Part shown: positions 1-12,749 of the stretch, piece after piece
Layout: each line of letters opens with the position of its first letter
Numbering within the stretch: the first letter of the stretch is position 1
Source of the DNA: Octopus bimaculoides
Lineage: Eukaryota
NCBI RefSeq assembly: GCF_001194135.2
Contig: NC_068982.1
Span: 85,977,764-86,041,763, forward strand
DNA length: 64,000 nt
Direction: 5' to 3'
The notes under the pieces: model-generated
Told to the model about the DNA's origin: nothing
Seen by the model: the letters and a program-made list of their open reading frames with translations, nothing else
Databases searched by the model: none
Program-made: the position numbers and the translations under genes

Positions 1-150
1 CCAATTCCTATATATCTATATTATACCTCTTTCAAACCAGCAATGCCACCCTTCTATAGTACTGCTAAGAAAACAACTTTTGGAATTTAGCCATAATGCC
101 TAATTGAAAGTTTACTAGAAAGATTGTTCAGTGCATTTATATTAAAAAGT

Positions 151-351
151 GCAGATGTGGCTGTGTGGTAAGAAGTTTCCTTCCAAACCACATGGTTCCT
201 GGTTCAGTCCCACTGTGTGGTACCTTGGGCAAGTGTCTTCTACTATAGCCTTGGGCAGACCAAAGCCTTGTAAGTGGATTTCGTAGATGGAAACTGAAAG
301 AAGCCAGTTGTGTGTGTGTGTGTGTGTGCATGTGTGTGCGTGCGTGCGTGT

Positions 352-401
<50 letters not shown>

Positions 402-583
402 TAATCTCCCATCACTCCTTGACAACTGATGCTGGTGTGTTTATGTCCTAATAACTTAGTGGTTCAGCAAAAGAGACCAGGTTTTAAAAAATAAATATCG
501 GGGTAGATTCATTCAGCTAAAAATTCTTCAAGGTGATGCCCCAGCATGGCCACAGTCTAAGGACTGAAATAAGTAAAAGATAA
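151..583 (+). mobile_element. tRNA-derived SINE with CORE-like block and internal (TG)n
   Basis: Pol III-like head (GTGGCTGTGTGGTAAG...GGTTCAGTCCC), CORE-like ACCTTGGGCAAGT, (TG)n at ~309-400. Same family recurs at 1339, 2622 and 37203. Confidence 0.85.
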
Positions 584-1338
584 ACGATAAACCCAGAATA
601 TCCTCCAGGATACTGTTACTCTTCTATCTACAGAATACAAAGACATCCAGCAACTGCAATACTCAGTTAGTAGAGGACTATGAGTGCCTAACAATATGCT
701 AGATACTAAAGACCCATTTTACTTTAATCTTGACTGCCAGAGACTGCAGCTTAATCAAAAAGAAATGTTAAGAGAAAGCAAGTTTGATAAACACATCTGC
801 TCACTACACATGAAGCTTCAAATATTGCATGTCTGTACATTACTAGTTATAACACCCAAAGGCTAGTAACAAACATGGGTACTAGCAGCAGATAAACTTG
901 CTGACCTTTCCACAAGTGAAAGAGATATTCTTTTGTGAAAGGCATAACAACAGCTGAGAATCTAAAGTGAGCTTTCAAATCAGTAACAAATACTGACCAG
1001 TATGGACATGTCTCTCCAGGTATCTAGTTATCTTAGTTAATCTCCTTCCTAAAGGATTAATCAGGCACATATTGACAAACCATTCCAGACTAAATAGATT
1101 GATGTTAGCCACAGAAAAGATGTGGATGAACTGTATGTGGTTGAGTGGAGGTAATATGCAGCTTGCTTATTCTGAAAAGTAAAAGACAATATAGTAGCAG
1201 TAAGAAGAGTAGAGAGAAACAATAGCACATCTGTAAGAAAATAGCTGTAGTTTAGCCCGGTCAGACCTAAAAGAAAAATACCTGTCTTTCTTCAGACATT
1301 GTGTATTCTGGACTACATTATGCCATGTTTTTTATATA

Positions 1339-1525
1339 GGCACAGGAGTGGCTGTGTGGTAAGAAGCTTGATTCCCAACCACATGGTTCCAGGTTCAGTC
1401 TTACTGTATGGCACCTTCAGCATGTGTCTTCTACTGTAGCCCCAGGCCGACCAAAGCCTTGTGAATGGAGAAAAAGTACTAGGCTTACAAAGAATAAGTC
1501 CTGGAGTCAATTTGTTCGACTAAAG
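1339..1525 (+). mobile_element. Internally deleted copy of the same SINE family
   Basis: Head GGCACAGGAGTGGCTGTGTGGTAAG...GGTTCAGTC matches the reverse complement of 37560-37584; it is joined directly to the 3' part (AAGTACTAGGCTTACAAAGAATAAGTCCTGG). Confidence 0.75.
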
Positions 1526-1529
1526 CATC

Positions 1530-2170
1530 CCTGTACATGGCTTGTACAGCTCTCACTAACCATTCATCTATCCGTAGTTTCCGCATTGACCACCAGATAA
1601 GGGATAGGCTTTCTTCAAGTCAACAAAAACCAGGTACAGAGGTTTATCATTGGCTGGGTATTTCTCCTGCAGCTGCCTTACCAGAACTATGGCATCAGTG
1701 CTGCTTTTCCCTGACACAAATCCAATCTGCATCTTGTCTAAACTGACTCTCTCCCTAATTAATTGGGCTATGACCCTCTCCATGACTTTCATTACCTGAT
1801 CCAACAACTTACTACCTCTGTAATTACTTGTATCTAATGCATCACCTTTATCTTTGTTGCAGTTGACTATGGTGTTGCAGTTGACTATGGTGTTGCTGCA
1901 CATGACTCCTTCATGTATCACCTGATTGACTATATGGATGACTAGACTATAGCCAACACCAGCAGATATTTTAAGCATCTCTGCAGTGATTCCTGATGGG
2001 CTGGAGGCTTTCCCTGTCTTCATACTCTTAATTGCTTACCAAGGTACTGTCAATTCGGACAGCTGGTCCCCCTGTTGGGTCAACATTCGGCAGACTCTCT
2101 TTTTCCATTCTCTTCATTTAGCAACTCTCTCACACACTGTCTTGCAACACAAAACACTTCAAGGCTTTGG
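1530..2170 (-). mobile_element. RTE-clade LINE reverse transcriptase fragment
   Basis: ORF 1568-2023(-): SPSGITAEMLK...NYRGSKLLDQVMKVMERVI...QIGFVSGKSSTDAI...LYLVFVDLKKAY, i.e. RT domains 0-3 typical of RTE LINEs. Confidence 0.85.
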
Positions 2171-2530
2171 TCCTCATGACACAGAACATTGGCAAATGAC
2201 AATAATAAATGAGTGTGAAAGAGAGGGAGAAACAAACCTGAAGGCTGTAAATTATGGAGAAGAGTGATACACATAGGTCCTTTTTAATGATAACTATAAT
2301 TATATATTATTTATATAATAATATATGCGCCATTTAAAATGACTAAACCCAAACAATTGACTGTAAAAAGATGGGCCGAACCACTGGGAATTAAACATGA
2401 CCTCAATGCTTACCTCTTATGCTGTTTCAGTATTACATGTCAAAAATGAAACAATAACATCTCTACTGTAATGTGATATGATAGTTTCACTATTATATGG
2501 TTTCAATTTCAATTACTTTCACTATGTATA

Positions 2531-2563
<33 letters not shown>

Positions 2564-2621
2564 TAGTCGCATTTCTATTAGTTTCACTATGTATTTATAT
2601 ACATGTTTGTATATTCTTTTA

Positions 2622-2829
2622 TTTGTTTCAGTCATAACTGCGGCCATGCTGGAGTACCGCCTTTAGTTGAGCAAATCAACCCCAGGATTTCTTCTTTGTA
2701 AGCCTAGTGCTTATTCTATTGATCTCTCTTGCCGAACCGCTAAGTGACGGGGATGTAAACACACCAGCATCGGTTGTCAAGCAATGTTGGGGGGACAAAC
2801 ACAGACACACAAATATATATATATATATA
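2622..2829 (-). mobile_element. SINE 3' half running into an assembly gap
   Basis: Highly similar to 37210-37420 (TTTCAGTCAT..GCGGCCATGCTGGAG...GTTGTCAAGC.ATGTTGGGGGGACAAACACAGACACAC). Confidence 0.85.
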
Positions 2830-3420
2830 NNNNNNNNNNNNNNNNNNNNNNNNNNNNNNNNNNNNNNNNNNNNNNNNNNNNNNNNNNNNNNNNNNNNNNN
2901 NNNNNNNNNNNNNNNNNNNNNNNNNNNNNNNNNNNNNNNNNNNNNNNNNNNNNNNNNNNNNNNNNNNNNNNNNNNNNNNNNNNNNNNNNNNNNNNNNNNN
3001 NNNNNNNNNNNNNNNNNNNNNNNNNNNNNNNNNNNNNNNNNNNNNNNNNNNNNNNNNNNNNNNNNNNNNNNNNNNNNNNNNNNNNNNNNNNNNNNNNNNN
3101 NNNNNNNNNNNNNNNNNNNNNNNNNNNNNNNNNNNNNNNNNNNNNNNNNNNNNNNNNNNNNNNNNNNNNNNNNNNNNNNNNNNNNNNNNNNNNNNNNNNN
3201 NNNNNNNNNNNNNNNNNNNNNNNNNNNNNNNNNNNNNNNNNNNNNNNNNNNNNNNNNNNNNNNNNNNNNNNNNNNNNNNNNNNNNNNNNNNNNNNNNNNN
3301 NNNNNNNNNNNNNNNNNNNNNNNNNNNNNNNNNNNNNNNNNNNNNNNNNNNNNNNNNNNNNNNNNNNNNNNNNNNNNNNNNNNNNNNNNNNNNNNNNNNN
3401 NNNNNNNNNNNNNNNNNNNN
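2830..3420. other. Assembly gap (N run)
   Basis: N run. Other gaps: 5514-6376, 20021-20030, 29885-29894, 37935-38506, 41181-41190, 54794-54936, 56326-56733, 59744-59753, 61126-61631; most large ones abut (TA)n. Confidence 0.99.
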
Positions 3421-4234
3421 AATTAACAATATATAAAATTACCATTTTTTGCAGTCATTTTGAATTCAAAAATTTCCGAGAAAATTTAAACAAAATTTTG
3501 ATTTTTTCGATTTGACTAATTCTCATTTAGAAATTGAATCAAAAATGAATGATAATCATTGCAACTTTTCCTTTTATGGACATAATGTATGTACTATAAT
3601 TTTGGTACTGTACAGAGACAAAGTTACAAATGAATATATCTAAAGAATTTTCAAAATAATGAAAAAAAAAGAAATGAAGATACAAATTTAATAAAATTTA
3701 TTTTAAATAAATTAAATTGAATTAATATTGAATAGAATATAATTACAAGTAGCATTTGCCCTTTCTGAACAGCTTTAGTACAGACTTCAGTACTGCTCAT
3801 AGACACAAAGCCACAAATAATCATATTCTATTTACTATAAAATTAATAAATAAATTATAAATAAAGTCATTTTTAGCATACAAATAATTAACTCCATATT
3901 TGAAAATTTTAAAATAGTGAAAATTGACTGTTAAAGTATTTGAATTTTTGTCATTTGCCTTTTCTGAACAGCCCTACAACATGATTCAGTACTGCTCATA
4001 GAGAAAAAATCCAAAAAATAAAAATATTTTATTAAAATAATCTTGTTATTAAAAGAATTGATTCAAAAATAGACTTTAGAAAGCCATACTACAAAAAATT
4101 GAGCAAAAAAATTTTATTTTTTATAAAAAATAATTTAGACTAATGAAAATAAATATTAGAACTCTTTGTATTGTCTTTTATCTTTTGTTGTGTGTGCCTA
4201 ATAGATTAGTTCATATATGAGTACTAGGCATAAC

Positions 4235-5360
4235 TACAGATTTCCGCCCCCCCACCCGACTTTGGATGATCATAACTTTCAGAAAAATGGATATTTTTTA
4301 ATGAAATTTTCTACAAATATGTGTTATATCATGTAGATTTCGAATATACAAAATTTTTGGGGAAAAGTGTTTTAGGAGGGGTGAAGTGAGGAATTTCGAA
4401 AAATTCACCGGAGTCCACTTCAATTCGTCTTAACTTTCAAGAAAATTGATATTTTTTAATGAAATCTTCTACTAATATACCTTGGACTATGTAAATTCTG
4501 AGGACATAGGAATTTTGGGGGAAAACAATTGGGGGTTATTTTTGAGAACTGTTCCCGACTCGGGGGTGTTTCAGAACAAGTTGTCCATATTTGTTTCATT
4601 TTTTCCGTTTCGTGTGTTTGTGCATCTGAAGATTTCTAACACACACACACACACACATGTAATTAAAAAGTTCAAATCGGGAATTATTCCATTCGATATC
4701 ATGCTTATTGTAGAGATTATGTAACAAATTATACTTTACACTTCTATACTTAACTGAGTGTGTATATTCCTTATTTTTGCTTCTGGTGTCTTCTGCCTTT
4801 CTACTAGAAACGTTTACCTGGGAATTTACTTAAAGTGAAAAAAAAAAAAAATTTGTATGCAACAGATAAGCCATCTTAATAACATATTTCTGTGTACCAG
4901 ACCTTTGGCTGTTATTTTTAGCATAATGAGTTTTCTGGTGAAGGCTTCATTTGCCTTCATTGCCTGTTTGTTGCTTCAGTAGAGATCTACAGATGCACAA
5001 AATGGAGAAAATGAAACAAAACAAATATGAACAACTTGTTCCGAAACACTTTCGAGTGGGGAACAGTTCACAAACATAACCCCCAATTGTTTTCCCCCAA
5101 AATTCCTGTCCTCAGATTCTACATAGTGTGAGGTATATTTGTAGAGGATTTCATTAAAAAACATCCATTTTCTTGAAAGTCAAGACAAACTGAAGTGAAC
5201 TCCGGTGAATTTTCCGAAATTCCTCACCCCACCCTTCCTAAAACACATTCAGAATCTGCATGATATAAGACATATCTGTAGAAAATTTCATTAAAAGAAT
5301 ATCCATTTTTCTGAAAGTTATGATCATCCAACTTTTTCTTTTGAGGGGGGAATCTGAGTA
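4235..5360. repeat. Long diverged inverted repeat (arms ~4235-4640 and ~4978-5360)
   Basis: Examples: TTGGATGATCATAACTTTCAGAAAAATGGATA vs TATCCATTTTTCTGAAAGTTATGATCATCCAA; GGGGGAAAACAATTGGGGGTTAT vs ATAACCCCCAATTGTTTTCCCCC. Confidence 0.9.
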
Positions 5361-5487
5361 ATATCACGCAAAAACTGATAAAAATTTGAGAATTAAAATT
5401 AAATATCTTTTTTTCTAATGGATAAAATTTTACGAAATCTTTACCAACGTTTAACATTTCTCTTTCATATTAATATCAATATAATAA

Positions 5488-5513
5488 TCTATATCTATAA
5501 AGCTGAGTTTGTG
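5488..5513 (+). mobile_element. 5' end of a non-autonomous Helitron running into a gap
   Basis: A^TCTATATCTATAAAGCTGAGTTTGTG; shares TAAAGCTGAGTTTGTG with the 5' end of the Helitron at 40822-41638. Confidence 0.55.
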
Positions 5514-6610
5514 NNNNNNNNNNNNNNNNNNNNNNNNNNNNNNNNNNNNNNNNNNNNNNNNNNNNNNNNNNNNNNNNNNNNNNNNNNNNNNNNNNNNNNN
5601 NNNNNNNNNNNNNNNNNNNNNNNNNNNNNNNNNNNNNNNNNNNNNNNNNNNNNNNNNNNNNNNNNNNNNNNNNNNNNNNNNNNNNNNNNNNNNNNNNNNN
5701 NNNNNNNNNNNNNNNNNNNNNNNNNNNNNNNNNNNNNNNNNNNNNNNNNNNNNNNNNNNNNNNNNNNNNNNNNNNNNNNNNNNNNNNNNNNNNNNNNNNN
5801 NNNNNNNNNNNNNNNNNNNNNNNNNNNNNNNNNNNNNNNNNNNNNNNNNNNNNNNNNNNNNNNNNNNNNNNNNNNNNNNNNNNNNNNNNNNNNNNNNNNN
5901 NNNNNNNNNNNNNNNNNNNNNNNNNNNNNNNNNNNNNNNNNNNNNNNNNNNNNNNNNNNNNNNNNNNNNNNNNNNNNNNNNNNNNNNNNNNNNNNNNNNN
6001 NNNNNNNNNNNNNNNNNNNNNNNNNNNNNNNNNNNNNNNNNNNNNNNNNNNNNNNNNNNNNNNNNNNNNNNNNNNNNNNNNNNNNNNNNNNNNNNNNNNN
6101 NNNNNNNNNNNNNNNNNNNNNNNNNNNNNNNNNNNNNNNNNNNNNNNNNNNNNNNNNNNNNNNNNNNNNNNNNNNNNNNNNNNNNNNNNNNNNNNNNNNN
6201 NNNNNNNNNNNNNNNNNNNNNNNNNNNNNNNNNNNNNNNNNNNNNNNNNNNNNNNNNNNNNNNNNNNNNNNNNNNNNNNNNNNNNNNNNNNNNNNNNNNN
6301 NNNNNNNNNNNNNNNNNNNNNNNNNNNNNNNNNNNNNNNNNNNNNNNNNNNNNNNNNNNNNNNNNNNNNNNNNNNNTTTTTCTCTATTATGTGTGTATGT
6401 GTATCCGTATATTTCTAATGAAGTGATAGGCAGTGAAGAGAAGCCGTCATAAGAAAACTTTTAACTACCTCTATTCCTTTCTCCCCCTCTCTCTACCTCT
6501 TCCTCTCTCGCTCTCTCAAACACGTACATGTGCAAGTACACAATCATTCAGTAAAATATAACGCATGTTCGTCAATGTTTTGTAAATATACCACGATTTT
6601 CACTAGGATG

Positions 6611-6702
6611 TTAGGGTTAGGGTTTTAGGGTTTAGAGTTAGGGTTTTAGGGTTTAGAGTTACGGTTAGGGTTAGTGTTAGGATTACGTTTAGGATTAGGG
6701 TT
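6611..6702 (+). repeat. Interstitial degenerate telomere-like (TTAGGG)n tract
   Basis: TTAGGG units with TTTTAGGG, TTTAGAG and TTACGG variants. Confidence 0.9.
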
Positions 6703-6879
6703 GAGTACTCGTGAGGGTGTTAATCTGAAAAATTACAGATATGTGAAAAGTACCGACCCTGCCATCTATTATAACTTTTGTTGTTCTGTTTAATATATAC
6801 ATAGATTATGCCTTCAAAGAAGAGAGTTTGCTGGTGAAAGACAGCAACCGGTCTAAAACTGAATTAGTGAGACTGCTTG

Positions 6880-7130
6880 AAAGACGCCGACTGTGACAAA
6901 AAAGCTATGTTAAGAATACTATTCAACTACTACAGATGAAGGAAGCAGGTTAAGGAGGGGATCAACACTTTTGAGAGAGCATGTATTCTGCATGAAGAAC
7001 TTAAGTGAGCTCCTCAAAAGCACACTGCTGGTGTAGTGAATGGGGAAAGCTTGGTTGGCAATGTTTGCAGTTGTGTATGCTTGTCAAGAGCAGGGCTCAT
7101 TAGCCACCAACGGAGCTACAAATGCAAAAT
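6880..7130 (+). mobile_element. 3' end of an RTE/BovB-like LINE ORF with degenerate C-terminal zinc finger
   Basis: Translates approximately KQVKEGINTFERA..LHEELK....GNVCSCVCLSRAGLISHQRS, matching the C2H2-like tail of RTE ORFs. Confidence 0.55.
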
Positions 7131-7197
7131 ACACACACATACATATATATACATATATGTACATATCAAAATAAGCAACAAGGATATCCAAAATTAA

Positions 7198-7278
7198 TAC
7201 AGTACGATCGTTTCATGCGACTCCATTTACATGTGAACATTACATCAAATGTAAAATGCAGAGCAATCCTCAGCTGCA
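7198..7278 (-). ncRNA. Type I hammerhead ribozyme motif (PLE-type, palindromic stem III)
   Basis: Minus strand: TGCAG-CTGAGGA-[long stem II TGC..CATTTTACAT/ATGTAAATG..GCA]-GAAA-CGATCG-TA-CTGTA. Core intact; stem I 5 bp with one G-U pair. Confidence 0.7.
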
Positions 7279-8933
7279 CAAAGATATAGAAATTTACTGA
7301 AATTTCATTTCAACAGAACGACATATTTTTATAACTACATTTAAACTCTCCAAGTAGAAAGGAAGAATACAAAAAAACATTTTGACTTAGCCAGACCATA
7401 CAGGCTAGTAATTAATTCCAAGCAGATTTTTAACTGTCACTGATTTTACTTGTTTTTTGATTTCTGATTTATGGATCATCTTATCAGACCTAGTGATTCA
7501 AAGCTTAAGAGGGCACTAGCATTTTCTTTGTAGGGAAAGGGAAAGGGGTAAACAATATAGGCAGTAAACACGGATGATATAGTTATAAAATTTCTTTGGG
7601 TTTAGTGACAAACTACTATAGATGGGGGGTTTCTCTACTAGCAGACCAGTTTATAATGGAGCAGGGGAAGTTTTAACATAAGGCACCTAGGTCAAAAGTA
7701 TATAAAATAAAGTTGCTATAATGTGTACAGATACAGTAAATGTTTATTCATAGTTTTCATTAATCAGTATTGTTTTACATATGCTAAGTTTGAACTACTT
7801 GAGATACCAATACTTGCTTAATTAATATGTGAATAAATAAAAGCTAATTATAAATTAATAATGAAATAAAAAGAAATAGTGTATAGTAATGTAAATAATC
7901 AATCAATGCAGTATGAAAAAACCATGAAGTAGTATTAATTTAAAATGCTATGGTAAAGTACATTTAGACTTATTTACACCAGTATAAGGAACCATAAATA
8001 AGATGAGAAATAAAATTTTTTTTAATATATATTGGACTAAAATTTAAAAATTAAACTTATATATCTAATATCATTTAAAGGACACATAAGAGATAAAATT
8101 TATTATATAACTAATGTAAAGAATTGATACATAGGATTTACATGATTTATAATGATGGACTCATCAAGGTTTAAGAAACTGATAAAATGAATGATTGGAA
8201 TTAGCATAGAATATAGTGGTGAACTAAACTATTAATAGAGAACATGATAATTATATACTAATTTAATTAGATCGCACTATCTTAAATTATCAGGAACTTG
8301 TGTTAACTAACATGGGCTAAGTACAAAATAATAATGGAACAAAGATTAGATTTATTTAAGTCACCCATAAAATAACAATAATAATACTTAAATAATGCTT
8401 AAATAAATGGAGTCGCATGTTTTGCATCAAAGAAATGGGCAAGAGCCAAATTTTGTCCCATTTGTGTATCATACTGTCATATAACTGTCTATCTAATAAC
8501 TGTCTAATGTGCTGTTTCCTAACACTATGTCCTTGCTAAATCTAACAGATTCTGTTATAATTTTCCCATCTACCACCCATTGTTATAATATTTTCTGTTC
8601 AATATTGAAAACAATGCATTCAGCTGCCAATAATTGTATCTTTGTTTAAAAGCTTTATCTTAAGTTCACTGTATACATCAACAGGTTGCAGACAATGTAG
8701 CCAACTAACTGAATATGCGATCAGCGTACACTATCCCTTTCCACAAATATTTAGAATAATCTATCTAATTATGCTCTGAAATATGTCTACTTGATACTTA
8801 TTAAACAGCTAGGACTATCTGAGCAGATTCAAGAAATTCTTACCCTTTCTCTTCTATCCACTACTGCAATTCCAAGAATCACTCAAGTATTTCCGGATGC
8901 CCAACTAGGAGGGAAACAGCTATTAGTCTAGAT

Positions 8934-9050
8934 CAGGCATGGGCAAACTATCTTGAGATGCGGGCCGTGCAAGACATAGCTCCTCATCAAGTGGTCTGCA
9001 CTACTATAAAAATTCAAGCTAAATTTTATTAAGCATGCCATTCAGAAAGT
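8934..9050 (+). mobile_element. hAT-type transposon left end
   Basis: CAGGCATGGGCAAACT...GCGGGCCG preceded by GTCTAGAT (NTCTAGAN-type hAT target). Partner end not found. Confidence 0.5.
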
Positions 9051-11799
9051 CTTGTGTGGAACAAATTGCTCATAACTAATCTTGATTGATGATTAATATC
9101 CATGACCCTAAAAGTTTACTTTAAACTTTAGATACTGAATTAAGTACAAATTTTATAGTGAATCAGATGTCCCAATATAGAGGAACCCCCTATTATTGAG
9201 AATATTCAGCATGAGCCTCTTTTTCAAGAAATACTCCAGCATTCAGCAAAGTAATGGTTGAAGTTGTGAAGGGAAAAAATAGGTACTTACCTATTGCTTG
9301 TTTTCTTATAGGTTTGAAAGTCCCACACATAAAGGGATCTCCTATCTCATTGTAAACATCATGTTTTCATTATTTGCCTACCTACTCAAGGTTTGTAGAT
9401 TATTTAATAATTTTATGAATCTAGCACAGAATTTATATTTTTCTTCTCAGTTGTTAGTTTAACCTGCAGCTTTATATTGCTATTTTGCTATAGCTTTTTT
9501 TGTCGGTTGAAGACTTCAAATTTTCTTAACCCATTTAATCCCTTTTAATACATTACTCTTTCTGTTCCCTACAACCTGTCATTGGGGTCTGAGTTCCACC
9601 TTTTGATAAGATACCAACTTAAGGGTCAGTGTCCCTTGCTGCATTTTATATTTGTTTTGCTAGATAGTGAGTTGTACTGCTGTTTGAAACCTTTTCTTCA
9701 TGAGGACTGGATGCACTGAAGGAAGCTTCACATTGATCTGAACCATTGTATTTACTGAGCTTGATAATCAGGGGCTGATACCTGAGTGACAACAATCAAC
9801 CTTTTGTTTTGAATTTTTGTTCTAATTATTGTTGTCACTGTTCTTGTAACATTTTTATTTTTGTTGTAAGCCAGTAGAGCTGAGATGAGTCGTTGAAAGC
9901 CCTGGTGAGATTGATATAAGGAAAGAGTAGAGTGGAAGCCCCACAAGGCTGTAATTCTCTTTTTTTTTTTTTTTTTTTTTTAATTTAGTCAGCATAGGGT
10001 CAGAGATTTAAGCTTTCAAGATTGGTGAAATTTATGTAGTTGATTTTCAGTTTAGGTTTAATGTCTACAGTAAAAACACAAGTGAGGAGAGAAGCCCAGA
10101 AAGTAGCTATTTTAAGACAGGATTGGAGGAAATGTTTTGTGGTGATGAGAAACAATGTAAGCAAAATATGTAATGTAAGATTTAGTGGATTAGACATATA
10201 AAGAAGGCAACTATTTTGGTTGTTGTTACTTCCATTTTTGTTATTGCTCTTTCTGTTGAATCTGTGAACAGAAAAACTTTAACCAGCCTTTTGTTGTTAC
10301 ATATTTCAAAGACTATCAATCTCAGTGAGTTGACCCCCACCCCACTCCAATGACAAATTATGGAAAGAATATCCAAGATAGCACCAAACTTCTTGAGTTT
10401 TACTAATCCCTTGCTCTAGTTTATAGTTATATCCTCACTTCATCAATATATTTCATGACTGTTTTGGAATGCCAGGGCTTCATCTCCATTGATATTCCAG
10501 TTAATGGATCTTTAAAAAGATTTTTCTTACAAAGAAACTCTAAACCATATTCTAAAATAATTGTCAGTCACTTTGCATTAGTACATTTCATTATTCTTCT
10601 ATATCAGCAGGTTTCAACCTATGAGTCATAACCCAAATTAGATTGTGGTATAATTTGAAAAAATTACAAATACAAAACTTTTTCCTTTTCAAATATTTAA
10701 TCAAATGTAAACAGTTCATGAACATGTTATACAGTAGACCATATGCAAAAAGTCTGAAACATGTTTACTGCAATCAAAAACTGAGGAATATTTCTCCAAG
10801 TATCAAATAATAACATATTAAATTTTTGGAAGATTATTTTTTATTTAAATGTCAAAAAGAGGACTGCAAAGGTTTAGTGATAAACCAAAATGGATTATGA
10901 TGATAAAAGGTTGAGAACTGCTGTTCAATGTGAAACAATACTTCAACAATTAAATAAAGGAACCTTTAACTGGTTACCTGAGCTGCTAGAAACAGCAAAT
11001 TTCCCTAAATTATTCCTTACTATTCTATATATCTCTGCAAGACATCTGCTCCTCTCTCTTTATCATAATTTCTTATTCCTTAAGTCTATACCCAGCTCAG
11101 TTGAAGGGTCTTATCTTCCAGGTACTTGGTGACCTCACCAAGTACCACATAGAAATCACCCAGTACATATTTTATTAAGTGATTGGCATTGAAAGGGCAT
11201 CCAGCTGTAGAAATTATGCCAAAGCAGACATAGAACCTGACAAAACCTTCTGACTTGTCTGTTATTGTCAAACTGTCCAACACATGCCAGCATGGAAAAA
11301 GAAAGGTGTTAAATGATGATGATCACATACACACACACAGAGAAATAGTTGAAGATAATTCTATAAACAATATTCTAAAATGGAAGTGGGTGGAACCGAT
11401 CATATACTTTAAAGTTGCTATGAAAAAACTTACAGATCAACAGCGAAGACTCAAAAACTTTAATATTGATATCAACAAAAGAGCAACGTCTGATCACAAA
11501 ATCTGTACACTTACAAACTATTAATAATTCACCAAATCATAATAAAATATGATAAAAAACATTCCAGAAGTACCTGTTTTAGTTAATCAGATTACTTAGT
11601 TCTAACAATTAACTTACTGCACAGAATACAACAACAATAATAATAACTTACAACAAAGAAACTTATGTACATCTTGTAACATCAAAAAACAGCAAAACTT
11701 AGTACAATGCAACACACAGAATAAATAGCCAAAATTACATTTCACCAAACTGAAAAACTACATCACCAATGTAATGTTCACATAATATTGATTCAAGAA

Positions 11800-12480
11800 A
11801 CAAAAAATATCACCCCACATAGAATATCTCAATCATAGATCACTTCAGGATAAGACAGGACAGTCCAAGTCATGGTATTTATCTCCATAACTTGCATAAT
11901 GTTATATATCTAGCACACAGATTCAGAAAGAACATCCAGCATCTTATAAATTCAAGATAAAATCAAAAACAGGAAACACATACATACATATTACCAATAA
12001 CATAATCTAGTTTCTCATCAGGCCAAACATCCCAACATCACTTTAATACACTCCCAAACACAATAGTTGGGGAGAGATGTCAATACATACAACATACCCT
12101 AATACACAAACACAGATATAACAAGTGAAGATACTGTAGCATCATAATTTAACTGTCTTTATATCTATACAACCCACAGCAATACAATTACTTTCCTCAT
12201 TAAGCTAACAATAACTTCATTCTGGATTTCTGATTGATACAGCTACCTATTATAATGTCATGGCAAACAATCCTTAACTCTCTTCTGACCACCTACTCTT
12301 ATCATCAAAAGACACAAGTAAAACATAAACTCACACAAACTTTAAAACCTTGTGGAATCATTTACACCAAGAGACATAATTACAGTTTGCAGAATTTACC
12401 ATCAACAACAAAATACTCCAGTATACAGATTGAACCAAATGATTGTAAAATGTCCCCTCACCACCAGCCACCAAAAAATG
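11800..12480 (+). mobile_element. Degraded apurinic-like endonuclease region of a non-LTR retrotransposon
   Basis: Frameshifted APE motifs: ..GDVNTYN (GGAGAGATGTCAATACATACAAC) and LSSDHL (CTCTCTTCTGACCACCTA). Confidence 0.55.
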
Positions 12481-12749
12481 TCCTACAAAGCAATATGAAA
12501 AAATAACAGAAGCTTAATTTTGCAACATAAATAACCTGCTGAAAATTAGGGATAAGCCCAATCATAACATATGAAAAGAAATAACAGTCAGAAAAAAGGG
12601 AATCATAAAGAAAATGAATCAGAGAAAAGCAGAAAACTGACAAACATTTGATATGATAGGCATCTGTTGGTCTCAAAATACCGTGGGTCTGTGCTTGTAA
12701 AATTTTGTGCCAGCTGCTGATGGTGGTGCTCTTCATCAACACTACTGAG

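Noticed and set aside
3752-4020. Direct repeat of ~60 bp (TTTGCC.TTTCTGAACAGC...TTCAGTACTGCTCATAGA)
   Set aside because: Only two diverged copies in AT-rich repeat debris; not a CRISPR or satellite array.
2707-6452. Long ORFs of 200-340 aa (also at 37786-38718, 56159-57025 in part, and 61039-61755)
   Set aside because: They span N runs and (TA)n/(CA)n microsatellites (poly-X, IYIY, HTHT translations); not real coding sequence.
9300-10560. Possible host exon(s) or LINE ORF on the minus strand
   Set aside because: Only short ORFs with no diagnostic motif that I can recognise; cannot be supported without a search.
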